Below are positions 1-15,000 of a DNA stretch of 64,000 bases, one piece after another (the stretch's first letter is position 1; each line of letters begins with the position of its first letter). This stretch comes from Heterodontus francisci (Eukaryota), in the NCBI RefSeq assembly GCF_036365525.1, contig NC_090399.1:66768862-66832861 (forward strand). The letters are read 5' to 3'. The notes below the pieces were generated by a model that was given only the letters and a program-made list of their open reading frames with translations, had not been told where the DNA came from and searched no databases. The position numbers and the translations under genes are program-made.

Positions 1-3000
1 TCCAGTCTCACTACAGGAGGGAGGGAGGGTCAGTGTTGAGCTGTGTGAGTATCCAGTCTCACTGCAGGAGGGAGAGTCAGTGCTGAGCTGTGTGAGGATC
101 CAGTCTCACTACAGGAGGGAGGGAGGGTCAGTGCTGAGCTGTGTGAGGATCCAGTCTCACTGCAGGAGGGAGAGTCAGTGTTGAGCTGTGTGAGGATCCA
201 GTCTCACTACAGGAGGGAGGGTCAGTGCTGAGCTGTGCGAGGATCCAGTCTCACTGCAGGAGGGAGGGAGCGTCAGTGCGAAGCTATGTGAGGATCCAGT
301 CTCACTACAGGAGGGAGGGAGGGTCAGTGCTGAACTGAGTGAGGATCCAGTCTCACTAGAGGAGGGAGAGTCAGTGCTGAGCTGTCTGAGGATCCAGTCT
401 CACTACAAGAGGGAGGGTCAGTGCTGAGCTCTGTGAGGATCCAGGCTCACTACAGGAGGCAGGGAGGGTCACTGCTGAGCTGTGTGTGGATCCAGTCTCA
501 CTACAAGACGGAGGGTCAGTGCTGAGCTGTGTGAGGATCCAGTCTCACTACAGGAGGGAGGGAGGGTCTGTGCTGAGCTGTGTGAGGATCCAGGATCACC
601 ACAGGAGGGAGGGACGGTCAGTGCTGAGCTGTGTGAGGATCCAGTCTCACGACAGGAGGGAGGGTCAGTGCTGAGCTGTGTGAGGATCCAGTCTCACGAC
701 AGGAGGGAGGGTCAGTGCTGAGCTGTGTGAGGATCCAGTCTCACTACAGGAGCGAGGGAGGGTCAGTGCTGAGCTGTGTGAGGATCCAGTCTCACGACAG
801 GAGGGAGGGTCAGTGCTGAGCAGTGTGAGGTTCCAGTCTCACTACAGGAGGGAGGGAGGGTCAGTGCTGAGCTGTGTGAAGATCCATTCTCACTAAAGGA
901 GGGAGGGTCAGTGCTGAGCTGCGTGAGGATCCGGTCTCACTACAGGAGGGTGGGTCAGTGCTGAGCTGTGTGAGGATCCAGTTTCACTACAGGAGGGAGG
1001 ATCAGTGCTGAGCTGTGTGAGGATCCAGTCTGACTACAGGAGGGAGGGTCAGTGCTGAGCTGTGTGAGGATCCAGTCTCACTACAGGAGGGAGGGTCAGT
1101 GCTGAGCTGTGTGAGGATCCAGTCTCACTCCAGGAGGGAGGGTCAGTGCTGAGCTGTGAGACGATCCAGTCTCACTACAGGAGGGAGGGTCAGTGCTGAG
1201 CTGTGTGAGGATCCAGTCTGACTACAGGAGGGAGGGTCAGTGCTGAGCTGTGTGAGGATCCAGTCTCACTACAGGAGGGAGGGTCAGTGCTGAGCTGTAT
1301 GAGGATCCAGTCTCACTACAGGAGGGAGGGTCAGTGTAGGGCTGTGTGAGGATCCAGTCTCACTACAGGAGGGAGGGAGGGTCAGTGCTGAGCTGTGTGA
1401 GGATCCAGTCTCACTACAGGAGGGAGGGAGGGTCAGTGCTGAGCTGTGTGAGGATCCAGTCTCACTACAGGAGGGCGGGTCAATGCTGAGCTGTGTGAGG
1501 ATCCAGTCTCACGACAGGAGGGAGGGAGGGTCAGTGCTGAGCTGTGTGAGGATCCAGTCTCAATACAGGAGGGAGCGTCAGTGCTGAGCTGTGTGAGGAT
1601 CCAGTTTCACTGCAGGAGGGAGGGTCAGTGCTGAGCTGTGTGAGGATCCAGTCTCACCGCAGGAGGGAGAGTCAGTGCTGAGCTGTGTGAGGATCCAGTC
1701 TCACTGCAGGAGGGAGGGTCAGTGCTGAGCTGTGTGAGGATCCAGTCTCACTACAGGAGGCAGGGTCAGTGCTGAGCTGTGTGAGGATCCAGTCTCACTA
1801 CAGAAGGGAGGGAGGGTCAGTGCTGAGCTGTGTGAGGATCCAGTCTCACTACAGGAGGGCGGGTCAGTGCTGAGCTGTGTGAGGATCCAGTCTCACTACA
1901 GGAGGCAGGGTCAGTGCTGAGCTGTGTGAGGATCCAGTCTCTCTACAGGAGGGAGGGAGGGTCAGTGCTGAGCTGTGTGAGGATCCAGTCTCACGACAGG
2001 AGGGAGAGAGGGTCAGTGCTGAGCTGTGTGAGGATCCAGTCTCACTACAGGAGGGAGGGTCAGTGCTGAGCTGTGTGAGGATCCAGTCTCACTCCAGGAG
2101 GGAGGGAGGGTCAGTGCTGAGCTGTGTGAGGATCCAGTCTCACTGCAGGAGGGAGGGTCAGTGCTGAGCTGTGTGAGGATCCAGTCTCACTACAGCAGAG
2201 AGGGTCAGTGCTGAGCTGTGTGAGGATCCACTCTCACTACAGGAGGGAGAGTCAGTGCTGAGCTGTGTGAGGATCCAGTCTCACCGCAGGAGGGAGGGTC
2301 AGTGCTGAGCTGTGTGAGGATCCAGTCTCACCGCAGGAGGGAGGGTCAGTGCTGAGCTGTGTGAGGATCCAGTCTCACCGCAGGAGGGAGAGTCAGTGCT
2401 GAGCTGTGTGAGGATCCAGTCTCACCGCAGGAGGGAGAGTCAGTGCTGAGCTGTGTGAGGATCCAGTCTCACGACAGGAGGGAGGGAGGGTCAGTGCTGA
2501 GCTGTGTGAGGATCCAGTCTCACTGCAGGAGGGAGAGTGAGTGCTGAGCTGTGTGAGGATCCAGTCTCACTACAGGAGGGAGGGAGGGTCAGTGCTGAGA
2601 TGTGTGAGGATCCAGTCTGACTCCAGGAGGGAGGGAGAGTCAGTGCTGAGCTGTGTGAGGATCCAGTTTCACTGCAGGAGGGAGGGTCAGTGCTGAGCTG
2701 TGCGAGGATCCACTCTCACTACAGGAGGAAGGGTCAGTGCTGAGCTGTGTGAGGATCCAGTCTCACTACAGGAGGGAGGGAGGGTCAGTGTTGAGCTGTG
2801 TGAGGATCCAGTCTCACTGCAGGAGGGAGAGTCAGTGCTGAGCTGTGTGAGGATCCAGTCTCACTACAGGAGGGAGGGAGGGTCAGTGCTGAGATGTGTG
2901 AGGATCCAGTCTGACTCCAGGAGGGAGGGAGAGTCAGTGCTGAGCTGTGTGAGGATCCAGTTTCACTGCAGGAGGGAGGGTCAGTGCTGAGCTGTGCGAG

Positions 3001-6000
3001 GATCCACTCTCACTACAGGAGGGAGGGTCAGTGCTGAGCTGTGTGAGGATCCAGTCTCACTACAGGAGGGAGGGAGGGTCAGTGTTGAGCTGTGTGAGTA
3101 TCCAGTCTCACTGCAGGAGGGAGAGTCAGTGCTGAGCTGTGTGAGGATCCAGTCTCACTACAGGAGGGAGGGAGGGTCAGTGCTGAGCTGTGTGAGGATC
3201 CAGTCTCACTGCAGGAGGGAGAGTCAGTGTTGAGCTGTGTGAGGATCCAGTCTCACTACAGGAGGGAGGGTCAGTGCTGAGCTGTGCGAGGATCCAGTCT
3301 CACTGCAGGAGGGAGGGAGCGTCAGTGCGAAGCTATGTGAGGATCCAGTCTCACTACAGGAGGGAGGGAGGGTCAGTGCTGAACTGAGTGAGGATCCAGT
3401 CTCACTAGAGGAGGGAGAGTCAGTGCTGAGCTGTCTGAGGATCCAGTCTCACTACAAGAGGGAGGGTCAGTGCTGAGCTCTGTGAGGATACAGGCTCACT
3501 ACAGGAGGCAGGGAGGGTCACTGCTGAGCTGTGTGTGGATCCAGTCTCACTACAAGACGGAGGGTCAGTGCTGAGCTGTGTGAGGATCCAGTCTCACTAC
3601 AGGAGGGAGGGAGGGTCTGTGCTGAGCTGTGTGAGGATCCAGGATCACCACAGGAGGGAGGGACGGTCAGTGCTGAGCTGTGTGAGGATCCAGTCTCACG
3701 ACAGGAGGGAGGGTCAGTGCTGAGCTGTGTGAGGATCCAGTCTCACGACAGGAGGGAGGGTCAGTGCTGAGCTGTGTGAGGATCCAGTCTCACTACAGGA
3801 GCGAGGGAGGGTCAGTGCTGAGCTGTGTGAGGATCCAGTCTCACGACAGGAGGGAGGGTCAGTGCTGAGCAGTGTGAGGTTCCAGTCTCACTACAGGAGG
3901 GAGGGAGGGTCAGTGCTGAGCTGTGTGAAGATCCATTCTCACTACAGGAGGGAGGGTCAGTGCTGAGCTGCGTGAGGATCCGGTCTCACTACAGGAGGGT
4001 GGGTCAGTGCTGAGCTGTGTGAGGATCCAGTTTCACTACAGGAGGGAGGATCAGTGCTGAGCTGTGTGAGGATCCAGTCTGACTACAGGAGGGAGGGTCA
4101 GTGCTGAGCTGTGTGAGGATCCAGTCTCACTACAGGAGGGAGGGTCAGTGCTGAGCTGTGTGAGGATCCAGTCTCACTCCAGGAGGGAGGGTCAGTGCTG
4201 AGCTGTGAGACGATCCAGTCTCACTACAGGAGGGAGGGTCAGTGCTGAGCTGTGTGAGGATCCAGTCTGACTACAGGAGGGAGGGTCAGTGCTGAGCTGT
4301 GTGAGGATCCAGTCTCACTACAGGAGGGAGGGTCAGTGCTGAGCTGTATGAGGATCCAGTCTCACTACAGGAGGGAGGGTCAGTGTAGGGCTGTGTGAGG
4401 ATCCAGTCTCACTACAGGAGGGAGGGAGGGTCAGTGCTGAGCTGTGTGAGGATCCAGTCTCACTACAGGAGGGAGGGAGGGTCAGTGCTGAGCTGTGTGA
4501 GGATCCAGTCTCACTACAGGAGGGCGGGTCAATGCTGAGCTGTGTGAGGATCCAGTCTCACGACAGGAGGGAGGGAGGGTCAGTGCTGAGCTGTGTGAGG
4601 ATCCAGTCTCAATACAGGAGGGAGCGTCAGTGCTGAGCTGTGTGAGGATCCAGTTTCACTGCAGGAGGGAGGGTCAGTGCTGAGCTGTGTGAGGATCCAG
4701 TCTCACCGCAGGAGGGAGAGTCAGTGCTGAGCTGTGTGAGGATCCAGTCTCACTGCAGGAGGGAGGGTCAGTGCTGAGCTGTGTGAGGATCCAGTTTCAC
4801 TGCAGGAGGGAGGGTCAGTGCTGAGCTGTGTGAGGATCCAGTCTCACTGCAGGAGGGAGGGTCAGTGCTGAGCTGTGTGAGGATCCAGTCTCACTACAGC
4901 AGGGAGGGTCAGTGCTGAGCTGTGTGAGGATCCACTCTCACTACAGGAGGGAGAGTCAGTGCTGAGCTGTGTGAGGATCCAGTCTCACCGCAGGAGGGAG
5001 GGTCAGTGCTGAGCTGTGTGAGGATCCAGTCTCACCGCAGGAGGGAGGGTCAGTGCTGAGCTGTGTGAGGATCCAGTCTCACCGCAGGAGGGAGAGTCAG
5101 TGCTGAGCTGTGTGAGGATCCAGTCTCACGACAGGAGGGAGGGAGGGTCAGTGCTGAGCTGTGTGAGGATCCAGTCTCACTGCAGGAGGGAGAGTGAGTG
5201 CTGAGCTGTGTGAGGATCCAGTCTCACTACAGGAGGGAGGGAGGGTCAGTGCTGAGATGTGTGAGGATCCAGTCTGACTCCAGGAGGGAGGGAGAGTCAG
5301 TGCTGAGCTGTGTGAGGATCCAGTTTCACTGCAGGAGGGAGGGTCAGTGCTGAGCTGTGCGAGGATCCACTCTCACTACAGGAGGGAGGGTCAGTGCTGA
5401 GCTGTGTGAGGATCCATCTCACTACAGGAGGGAGGGAGGGTCAGTGTTGAGCTGTGTGAGGATCCAGTCTCACTGCAGGAGGGAGAGTCAGTGCTGAGCT
5501 GTGTGAGGATCCAGTCTCACTACAGGAGGGAGGGAGGGTCAGTGCTGAGCTGTGTGAGGATCCAGTCTCACTGCAGGAAGGAGAGTCAGTGTTGAGCTGT
5601 GTGAGGATCCAGTCTCACTACAGGAGGGAGGGTCAGTGCTGAGCTGTGCGAGGATCCAGTCTCACTGCAGGAGGGAGGGAGAGTCAGTGCGAAGCTATGT
5701 GAGGATCCAGTCTCACTACAGGAGGGAGGGAGGGTCAGTGCTGAACTGAGTGAGGATCCAGTCTCACTACAAGAGGGAGGGTCAGTGCTGATCTGTCTGA
5801 GGATCCAGTCTCACTACAAGAGGGAGGGTCAGTGCTGAGCTCTGTGAGGATCCAGGCTCACTACAGGAGGCAGGGAGGGTCACTGCTGAGCTGTGTGAGG
5901 ATCCAGTCTCACTACAGGAGGGAGGGTCAGTGCTGAGCTGTCTGAGGATCCAGTCTCACTACAAGAGGGAGGGTCAGTGCTGAGCTCTGTGAGGATCCAG

Positions 6001-9000
6001 TCTCACTACAGGAGGGAGGGAGGGTCTGTGCTGAGCTGTGTGAGGATCCAGGATCACTACAGGAGGGAGGGAGGGTCTGTGCTGAGCTGTGTGAGGATCC
6101 AGGATCACCACAGGAGGGAGGGACGGTCAGTGCTGAGCTGTGTGAGGATCCAGTCTCACGACAGGAGGGAGGGTCAGTGCTGAGCTGTGTGAGGATCCAG
6201 TCTCACGACAGGAGGGAGGGTCAGTGCTGAGCTGTGTGAGGATCCAGTCTCACTACAGGAGCGAGGGAGCGTCAGTGCTGAGCTGTGTGAGGATCCAGTC
6301 TCACGACAGGAGGGAGGGTCAGTGCTGAGCAGTGTGAGGTTCCAGTCTCACTACAGGAGGGAGGGAGGGTCAGTGCTGAGCTGTGTGAAGATCCATTCTC
6401 ACTACAGGAGGGAGGGTCAGTGCTGAGCTGCGTGAGGATCCGGTCTCACTACAGGAGGGTGGGTCAGTGCTGAGCTGTGTGAGGATCCAGTTTCACTACA
6501 GGAGGGAGGATCAGTGCTGAGCTGTGTGAGGATCCAGTCTGACTACAGGAGGGAGGGTCAGTGCTGAGCTGTGTGAGGATCCAGTCTCACTACAGGAGGG
6601 AGGGTCAGTGCTGAGCTGTGTGAGGATCCAGTCTCACTCCAGGAGGGAGGTTCAGAGCTGAGCTGTGTGAGGATCCAGTCTGACTACAGGAGGGAGGGTC
6701 AGTGCTGAGCTGTGTGAGGATCCAGTCTCACTACAGGAGGGAGGGTCAGTGCTGAGCTGTGTGAGGATCCAGTCTCACTACAGGAGGGAGGGTCAGTGTA
6801 GGGCTGTGTGAGGATCCAGTCTCACTACAGGAGGGAGGGAGGGTCAGTGCTGAGCTGTGTGAGGATCCAGTCTCACTACAGGAGGGCGGGTCAATGCTGA
6901 GCTGTGTGAGGATCCAGTCTCTCTACAGGAGGGAGGGAGGGTCAGTGCTGAGCTTTGTGAGGATCCAGTCTCACTACAGGAGGGAGGGAGTGTCAGTGCT
7001 GAGCGGTGTGAGGATCCAGTCTCACGACAGGAGGGAGGGAGGGTCAGTGCTGAGCTGTGTGTGGATCCAGTCTCACTACAGGAGGGAGGGTCAGTGCTGA
7101 GCTGTGTGAAGATCCATTCTCACTTCAGGAGGGAGGGTCAGTGCTGAGCTGCGTGAGGATCCAGTCTCACGACAGGAGGGAGGGAGGGTCAGTGCAGAGC
7201 TGTGTGAGGATCCAGTTTCACTGCAGGAGGGAGGATCAGTGCTGAGCTGTGTGAGGATCCAGTCTGACTACAGGAGGGAGGGTCAGTGCTGAGCTGTGTG
7301 AGGATCCATTCTCACTACAGGAGGGAGGGTCAGTGCTGAGCTGTGTGAGGATCCAGTCTCACTCCAGGAGGGAGGGTCAGTGCTGAGCTGTGTGAGGATC
7401 CAGTCTGACTACAGGAGGGAGGGTCAGTGCTGAGCTGTGTGAGGATCCAGTCTCACTACAGGAGGGAGGGTCAGTGCTGAGCTGTGTGAGGATCCAGTCT
7501 CACTACAGGAGGGAGGGTCAGTGCTGGGCTGTGTGAGGATCCAGTCTCACTACAGGAGGGAGGGAGGGTCAGTGCTGAGCTGTGCGAGGATCCAGTCTCA
7601 CTACAGGAGGGAGGGTCAGTGCTGAGCTGTGTGAGGATCCAGTCTCACTACAGGAGGGAGGATCAGTGCTGAGCTGTGTGACGATCCAGTCTCACTACAG
7701 GAGGGAGGGTCAGTGCTGAGCTGTGTGAGGATCCAGTCTCACTACAGGAGGGAGGGTCAGTGCTGAGCTGTGTGAGGATCCAGTCTGACTACAGGAGGGA
7801 GGGAGGGTCAGTGTTGAGCTGTGTGAGGATCCAGTCTCACTACAGGAGGGAGGGTCAGTGCTGAGCTATGTGAGGATCCAGTCTCACTACAGGAGGGAGG
7901 GTCAGTGCTGAGCTGTGTGAGGTTCCAGTCTCTCTCCAGGAGGGAGCGAGGGTCAGTGCTGAGCTGTGTGAGGATCCAGTCTCACTCCAGGAGGGAGGGT
8001 CAGTGCTGAGCTGTGTGACGATCCATTCTCACTACAGGAGGGAGGGTCAGTGCTGAGCTGTGTGAGGATCCAGTCTCACTGCAGGAGGGAGGGTCAGTGC
8101 TGAGCTGTGTGACGATCCAGTCTCACTACAGGAGGGAGGGTCAGTGCTGAGCTGTGTGAGGATCCAGTCTCACTGCAGGAGGGAGGGTCAGTGCTGAGCT
8201 GTGTGACGATCCAGTCTCACTACAGGAGGGAGGGTCAGTGCTGAGCTGTGTGACGATCCAGTCTCACTACAGGAGGGAGGGTCAGTGCTGAGCTGTGTGA
8301 GGTTCCAGTCTCACTACAGGAGGGAGGGTCAGTGCTGAGCTGTGTGAGGATCCAGTCTGACTACAGGAGGGAGGGAGGGTCAGTGTTGAGCAGTGTGAGG
8401 ATCCAGTCTCACGACAGGAGGGAGGGTCAGTGCTGAGCAGTGTGAGGATCCAGTCTCACTACAGGAGGGAGGGAGGGTCAGTGCTGAGCTGTGAGAAGAT
8501 CCATTCTCACTACAGGAGGGAGGGTCAGTGCTGAGCTGCGTGAGGATCCAGTCTCACTACAGGAGGGAGGATCAGTGCTGAGCTGTGTGAGGATCCAGTC
8601 TCACTACAGGAGGGAGGGTCTGTGCTGAGCTGTGTGAGGATCCAGTCTCACTACAGGAGGGAGGGTCAGTGCTGGGCTGTGTGAGGATCCAGTCTCACTA
8701 CAGGAGGGAGGGAGGGTCAGTGCTGAGCTGTGTGAGGATCCAGTCTCACTACAGGAGGGCGGGTCAGTGCTGAGCTGTGTGAGGATCCAGTCTCACTACA
8801 GGAGGCAGGGTCAGTGCTGAACTGAGTGAGGATCCAGTCTCACTAGAGGAGGGAGAGTCAGTGCTGAGCTGTCTGAGGATCCAGTCTCACTACAAGAGGG
8901 AGGGTCAGTGCTGAGCTCTGTGAGGATCCAGGCTCACTACAGGAGGCAGGGAGGGTCACTGCTGAGCTGTGTGTGGATCCAGTCTCACTACAAGACGGAG

Positions 9001-12000
9001 GGTCAGTGCTGAGCTGTGTGAGGATCCAGTCTCACTACAGGAGGGAGGGAGGGTCTGTGCTGAGCTGTGTGAGGATCCAGGATCACCACAGGAGGGAGGG
9101 ACGGTCAGTGCTGAGCTGTGTGAGGATCCAGTCTCACGACAGGAGGGAGGGTCAGTGCTGAGCTGTGTGAGGATCCAGTCTCACTACAGGAGCGAGGGAT
9201 TGTCAGTGCTGAGCTGTGTGAGGATCCAGTCTCACGACAGGAGGGAGGGTCAGTGCTGAGCAGTGTGAGGTTCCAGTCTCACTACAGGAGGGAGGGAGGG
9301 TCAGTGCTGAGCTGTGTGAAGATCCATTCTCACTACAGGGGGGAGGGTCAGTGCTGAGCTGCGTGAGGATCCGGTCTCACTACAGGAGGGTGGGTCAGTG
9401 CTGAGCTGTGTGAGGATCCAGTTTCACTACAGGAGGGAGGATCAGTGCTGAGCTGTGTGAGGATCCAGTCTGACTACAGGAGGGAGGGTCAGTGCTGAGC
9501 TGTGTGAGGATCCAGTCTCACTACAGGAGGGAGGGTCAGTGCTGAGCTGTGTGAGGATCCAGTCTCACTCCAGGAGGGAGGGTCAGTGCTGAGCTGTGTG
9601 AGGATCCAGTCTGACTACAGGAGGGAGGGTCAGTGCTGAGCTGTGTGAGGATCCAGTCTCACTACAGGAGGGAGGGTCAGTGCTGAGCTGTGTGAGGATC
9701 CAGTCTCACTACAGGAGGGAGGGTCAGTGTAGGGCTGTGTGAGGATCCAGTCTCACTACAGGAGGGAGGGAGGGTCAGTGCTGAGCTGTGTGAGGATCCA
9801 GTTTCACTACAGGAGGGCGGGTCAATGCTGAGCTGTGTGAGGATCCAGTCTCTCTACAGGAGGGAGGGAGGGTCAGTGCTGAGCTTTGTGAGGATCCAGT
9901 CTCACTACAGGAGGGAGGGAGTGTCAGTGCTGAGCGGTGTGAGGATCCAGTCTCACGACAGGAGGGAGGGAGGGTCAGTGCTGAGCTGTGTGTGGATCCA
10001 GTCTCACTACAGGAGGGAGGGTCAGTGCTGAGCTGTGTGAGGATCCAGTCTCACTACAGGAGGGAGGGTCAGTGCTGAGCTGTGTGAAGATCCATTCTCA
10101 CTTCAGGAGGGAGGGTCAGTGCTGAGCTGCGTGAGGATCCAGTCTCACGACAGGAGGGAGGGAGGGTCAGTGCAGAGCTGTGTGAGGATCCAGTTTCACT
10201 GCAGGAGGGAGGATCAGTGCTGAGCTGTGTGAGGATCCAGTCTGACTACAGGAGGGAGGGTCAGTGCTGAGCTGTGTGAGGATCCAGTCTCACTACAGGA
10301 GGGAGGGTCAGTGCTGAGCTGTGTGAGGATCCAGTCTCACTCCAGGAGGGAGGGTCAGTGCTGAGCTGTGTGAGGATCCAGTCTGACTACAGGAGGGAGG
10401 GTCAGTGCTGAGCTGTGTGAGGATCCAGTCTCACTACAGGAGGGAGGGTCAGTGCTGAGCTGTGTGAGGATCCAGTCTCACTACAGGAGGGAGGGTCAGT
10501 GCTGGGCTGTGTGAGGATCCAGTCTCACTACAGGAGGGAGGGAGGGTCAGTGCTGAGCTGTGCGAGGATCCAGTCTCACTACAGGAGGGAGGGTCAGTGC
10601 TGAGCTGTGTGAGGATCCAGTCTCACTACAGGAGGGAGGATCAGTGCTGAGCTGTGTGACGATCCAGTCTCACTACAGGAGGGAGGGTCAGTGCTGAGCT
10701 GTGTGAGGATCCAGTCTCACTACAGGAGGGAGGGTCAGTGCTGAGCTGTGTGAGGATCCAGTCTGACTACAGGAGGGAGGGAGGGTCAGTGTTGAGCTGT
10801 GTGAGGATCCAGTCTCACTACAGGAGGGAGGGTCAGTGCTGAGCTATGTGAGGATCCAGTCTCACTACAGGAGGGAGGGTCAGTGCTGAGCTGTGTGAGG
10901 TTCCAGTCTCTCTCCAGGAGGGAGCGAGGGTCAGTGCTGAGCTGTGTGAGGATCCAGTCTCACTCCAGGAGGGAGGGTCAGTGCTGAGCTGTGTGACGAT
11001 CCATTCTCACTGCAGGAGGGAGGGTCAGTGCTGAGCTGTGTGAGGATCCAGTCTCACTGCAGGAGGGAGGGTCAGTGCTGAGCTGTGTGACGATCCAGTC
11101 TCACTACAGGAGGGAGGGTCAGTGCTGAGCTGTGTGAGGATCCAGTCTCACTGCAGGAGGGAGGGTCAGTGCTGAGCTGTGTGACGATCCAGTCTCACTA
11201 CAGGAGGGAGGGTCAGTGCTGAGCTGTGTGACGATCCAGTCTCACTACAGGAGGGAGGGTCAGTGCTGAGCTGTGTGAGGTTCCAGTCTCACTACAGGAG
11301 GGAGGGTCAGTGCTGAGCTGTGTGAGGATCCAGTCTGACTACAGGAGGGAGGGAGGGTCAGTGTTCAGCAGTGTGAGGATCCAGTCTCACGACAGGAGGG
11401 AGGGTCAGTGCTGAGCTGTGTGAGGATCCAGTCTCACTACAGGAGCGAGGGAGGGTCAGTGCAGAGCTGTGTGAGGATCCAGTCTCACTACAGGAGGGAG
11501 GGTCAGTGCTGAGCAGTGTGAGGATCCAGTCTCACTACAGGAGGGAGGGAGGGTCAGTGCTGAGCTGTGTGAAGATCCATTCTCACTACAGGAGGGAGGG
11601 TCAGTGCTGAGCTGCGTGAGGATCCAGTCTCACTACAGGAGGGAGGATCAGTGCTGAGCTGTGTGAGGATCCAGTCTCACTACAGGAGGGAGGGTCTGTG
11701 CTGAGCTGTGTGAGGATCCAGTCTCACTACAGGAGGGAGGGTCAGTGCTGGGCTGTGTGAGGATCCAGTCTCACTACAGGAGGGAGGGAGGGTCAGTGCT
11801 GAGCTGTGTGAGGATCCAGTCTCACTACAGGAGGGCGGGTCAGTGCTGAGCTGTGTGAGGATCCAGTCTCACTACAGGAGGCAGGGTCAGTGCTGAGCTG
11901 TGTGAGGATCCAGTCTCTCTACAGGAGGGAGGGAGGGTCAGTGCTGAGCTGTGTGAGGATCCAGTCTCACGACAGGTGGTAGAGAGGGTCAGTGCTGAGC

Positions 12001-15000
12001 TGTGTGAGCATCCAGTCTCAATACAGGAGGGAGGTCAGTGCTGAGCTGTGTGAGGATCCAGTCTCACTGCAGGAGGGAGGGTCAGTGCTGAGCTGTGTGA
12101 GGATCCAGTCTCACGACAGGAGGGAGGGTCAGTGCTGAGCTGTGTGAGGATCCAGTCTCACTGCAGGAGGGAGGGTCAGTGCTGAGCTATGTGAGGATCC
12201 AGTCTCACTACAGGAGGGAGGGTCAGTGCTGAGCTGTGTGAGGTTCCAGTCTCACTCCAGGAGGGAGCGAGGGTCAGTGCTGAGCTGTGTGAGGATCCAG
12301 TCTCACTCCAGGAGGGAGGGTCAGTGCTGAGCTGTGTGACGATCCATTCTCACTACAGGAGGGAGGGTCAGTGCTGAGCTGTGTGAGGATCCAGTCTCAC
12401 TGCAGGAGGGAGGGTCAGTGCTGAGCTGTGTGACGATCCAGTCTCACTACAGGAGGGAGGGTCAGTGCTGAGCTGTGTGAGGATCCAGTCTCACTGCAGG
12501 AGGGAGGGTCAGTGCTGAGCTGTGTGACGATCCAGTCTCACTACAGGAGGGAGGGTCAGTGCTGAGCTGTGTGACGATCCAGTCTCACTACAGGAGGGAG
12601 GGTCAGTGCTGAGCTGTGTGAGGTTCCAGTCTCACTACAGGAGGGAGGGTCTGTGCTGAGCTGTGTGAGGATCCAGTCTCACTACAGGAGGGAGGGTCAG
12701 TGCTGGGCTGTGTGAGGATCCAGTCTCACTACAGGAGGGAGGGAGGGTCAGTGCTGAGCTGTGTGAGGATCCAGTCTCACTACAGGAGGGCGGGTCAGTG
12801 CTGAGCTGTGTGAGGATCCAGTCTCACTACAGGAGGCAGGGCCGGTGCTGAGCTGTGTGAGGATCCAGTCTCTCTACAGGAGGGAGGGAGGGTCAGTGCT
12901 GAGCTGTGTGAGGATCCAGTCTCACGACAGGAGGTAGAGAGGGTCAGTGCTGAGCTGTGTGAGGATCCAGTCTCAATACAGGAGGGAGGTCAGTGCTGAG
13001 CTGTGTGAGGATCCAGTCTCACTGCAGGAGGGAGGGTCAGTGCTGAGCTGTGTGAGGATCCAGTCTCACGACAGGAGATAGGGTCAGTGCTGAGCTGTGT
13101 GAGGATCCAGTCTCACTGCAGGGCGGAGGGTCAGTGCTGAGCTGTGTGAGGATCCAGTCTCACAACAGGAGGCAGGGAGAGTCAGTGCTGAGCTGTGTGA
13201 GGATCCAGTCTCACTACAGGAGGGAGGGTCACTGCTGAGCTGTGTGAGGATCCAGTCTCACTCCAGGAGGGAGGGAGGGTCAGTGCTGAGCTGTGTGAGG
13301 ATCCAGTCTCACTACAGCAGGGAGGGTCAGTGCTGAGCTGTGTGAGGATCCACTCTCCCTACAGGAGGGAGAGTCAGTGCTGAGCTGTGTGAGGATCCAG
13401 TCTCACCGCAGGAGGGAGGGTCAGTGCTGAGCTGTGTGAGGATCCAGTCTCACCGCAGGAGGGAGGGTCAGTGCTGAGCTGTGTGAGGATCCAGTCTCAC
13501 CGCAGGAGGGAGAGTCAGTGCTGAGCTGTGTGAGGATCCAGTCTCACCGCAGGAGGGAGAGTCAGTGCTGAGCTGTGTGAGGATCCAGTCTCACGACAGG
13601 AGGGAGGGAGGGTCAGTGCTGAGCTGTGTGAGGATCCAGTCTCACTGCAGGAGGGAGAGTGAGTGCTGAGCTGTGTGAGGATCCAGTCTCACTACAGGAG
13701 GGAGGGAGGGTCAGTGCTGAGATGTGTGAGGATCCAGTCTGACTCCAGGAGGGAGGGAGCGTCGGTGCTGAGCTGTGTGAGGATCCAGTCTCACTGCAGG
13801 AGGGAGAGTGAGTGCTGAGCTGTGTGAGGATCCAGTCTCACTACAGGAGGGAGGGAGAGTCAGTGCTGAGCTGTGTGAGGATCCAGTTTCACTGCAGGAG
13901 GGAGGGTCAGTGCTGAGCTGTGCGAGGATCCACTCTCACTACAGGAGGGAGGGTCAGTGCTGAGCTGTGTGAGGATCCAGTCTCACTACAGGAGGGAGGG
14001 AGGGTCAGTGTTGAGCTGTGTGAGGATCCAGTCTCACTACAGGAGGGAGGGAGGGTCAGTGCTGAGCTGTGTGAGGATCCAGTCTCACTACAGGAGGGCG
14101 GGTCAATGCTGAGCTGTGTGAGGATCCAGTCTCACTACAGGAGGGAGGGAGGGTCAGTGCTGAGCTGTGTGAGGATCCAGTCTCACTACAGGAGGGAGGG
14201 AGTGTCAGTGCTGAGCTGTGTGAGGGTCCAGTCTCACGACAGGAGGGAGGGAGGGTCAGTGCTGAGCTGTGTGAGGATCCAGTCTCACTACAGGAGGGAG
14301 GGTCAGTGCTGAGCTGTGTGAGGATCCAGTCTCACTACAGGAGGGAGGGTCAGTGCTGAGCTGTGTGAGGATCCAGTCTCACTACAGGAGGGAGGGTCAG
14401 TGCTGAGCTGTGTGAAGATCCATTCTCACTTCAGGAGGGAGGGTCAGTGCTGAGCTGCGTGAGGATCCAGTCTCACTACAGGAGGGAGGGTCAGTGCTGA
14501 GCTGTGTGAGGATCCAGTCTCACTCCAGGAGGGAGGGTCAGTGCTGAGCTGTGTGAGGATCCAGTCTGACTACAGGAGGGAGGGTCAGTGCTGAGCTGTG
14601 TGAGGATCCAGTCTCACTACAGGAGGGAGGGTGAGTGCTGAGCTGTGTGAGGATCCAGTCTCACTACAGGAGGGAGGGTCAGTGCTGGGCTGTGTGAGGA
14701 TCCAGTCTCACTACAGGAGGGAGGGAGGGTCAGTGCTGAGCTGTGTGAGGATCCAGTCTCACTACAGGAGGGCGGGTCAATGCTGAGCTGCGTGAGGATC
14801 CAGTCTCTCTACAGGAGGGAGGGAGGGTCAGTGCTGAGCTGTGTGCGGATCCAGTCTCACTACAGGAGGGAGGGAGTGTCAGTGCTGAGCTGTGTGAGGA
14901 TCCAGTCTCACGACAGGAGGGAGGGAGGGTCAGTGCTGAGCTGTGTGAGGATCCAGTCTCACTACAGGAGGGAGGGTCAGTGCTGAGCTGTGTGAGGATC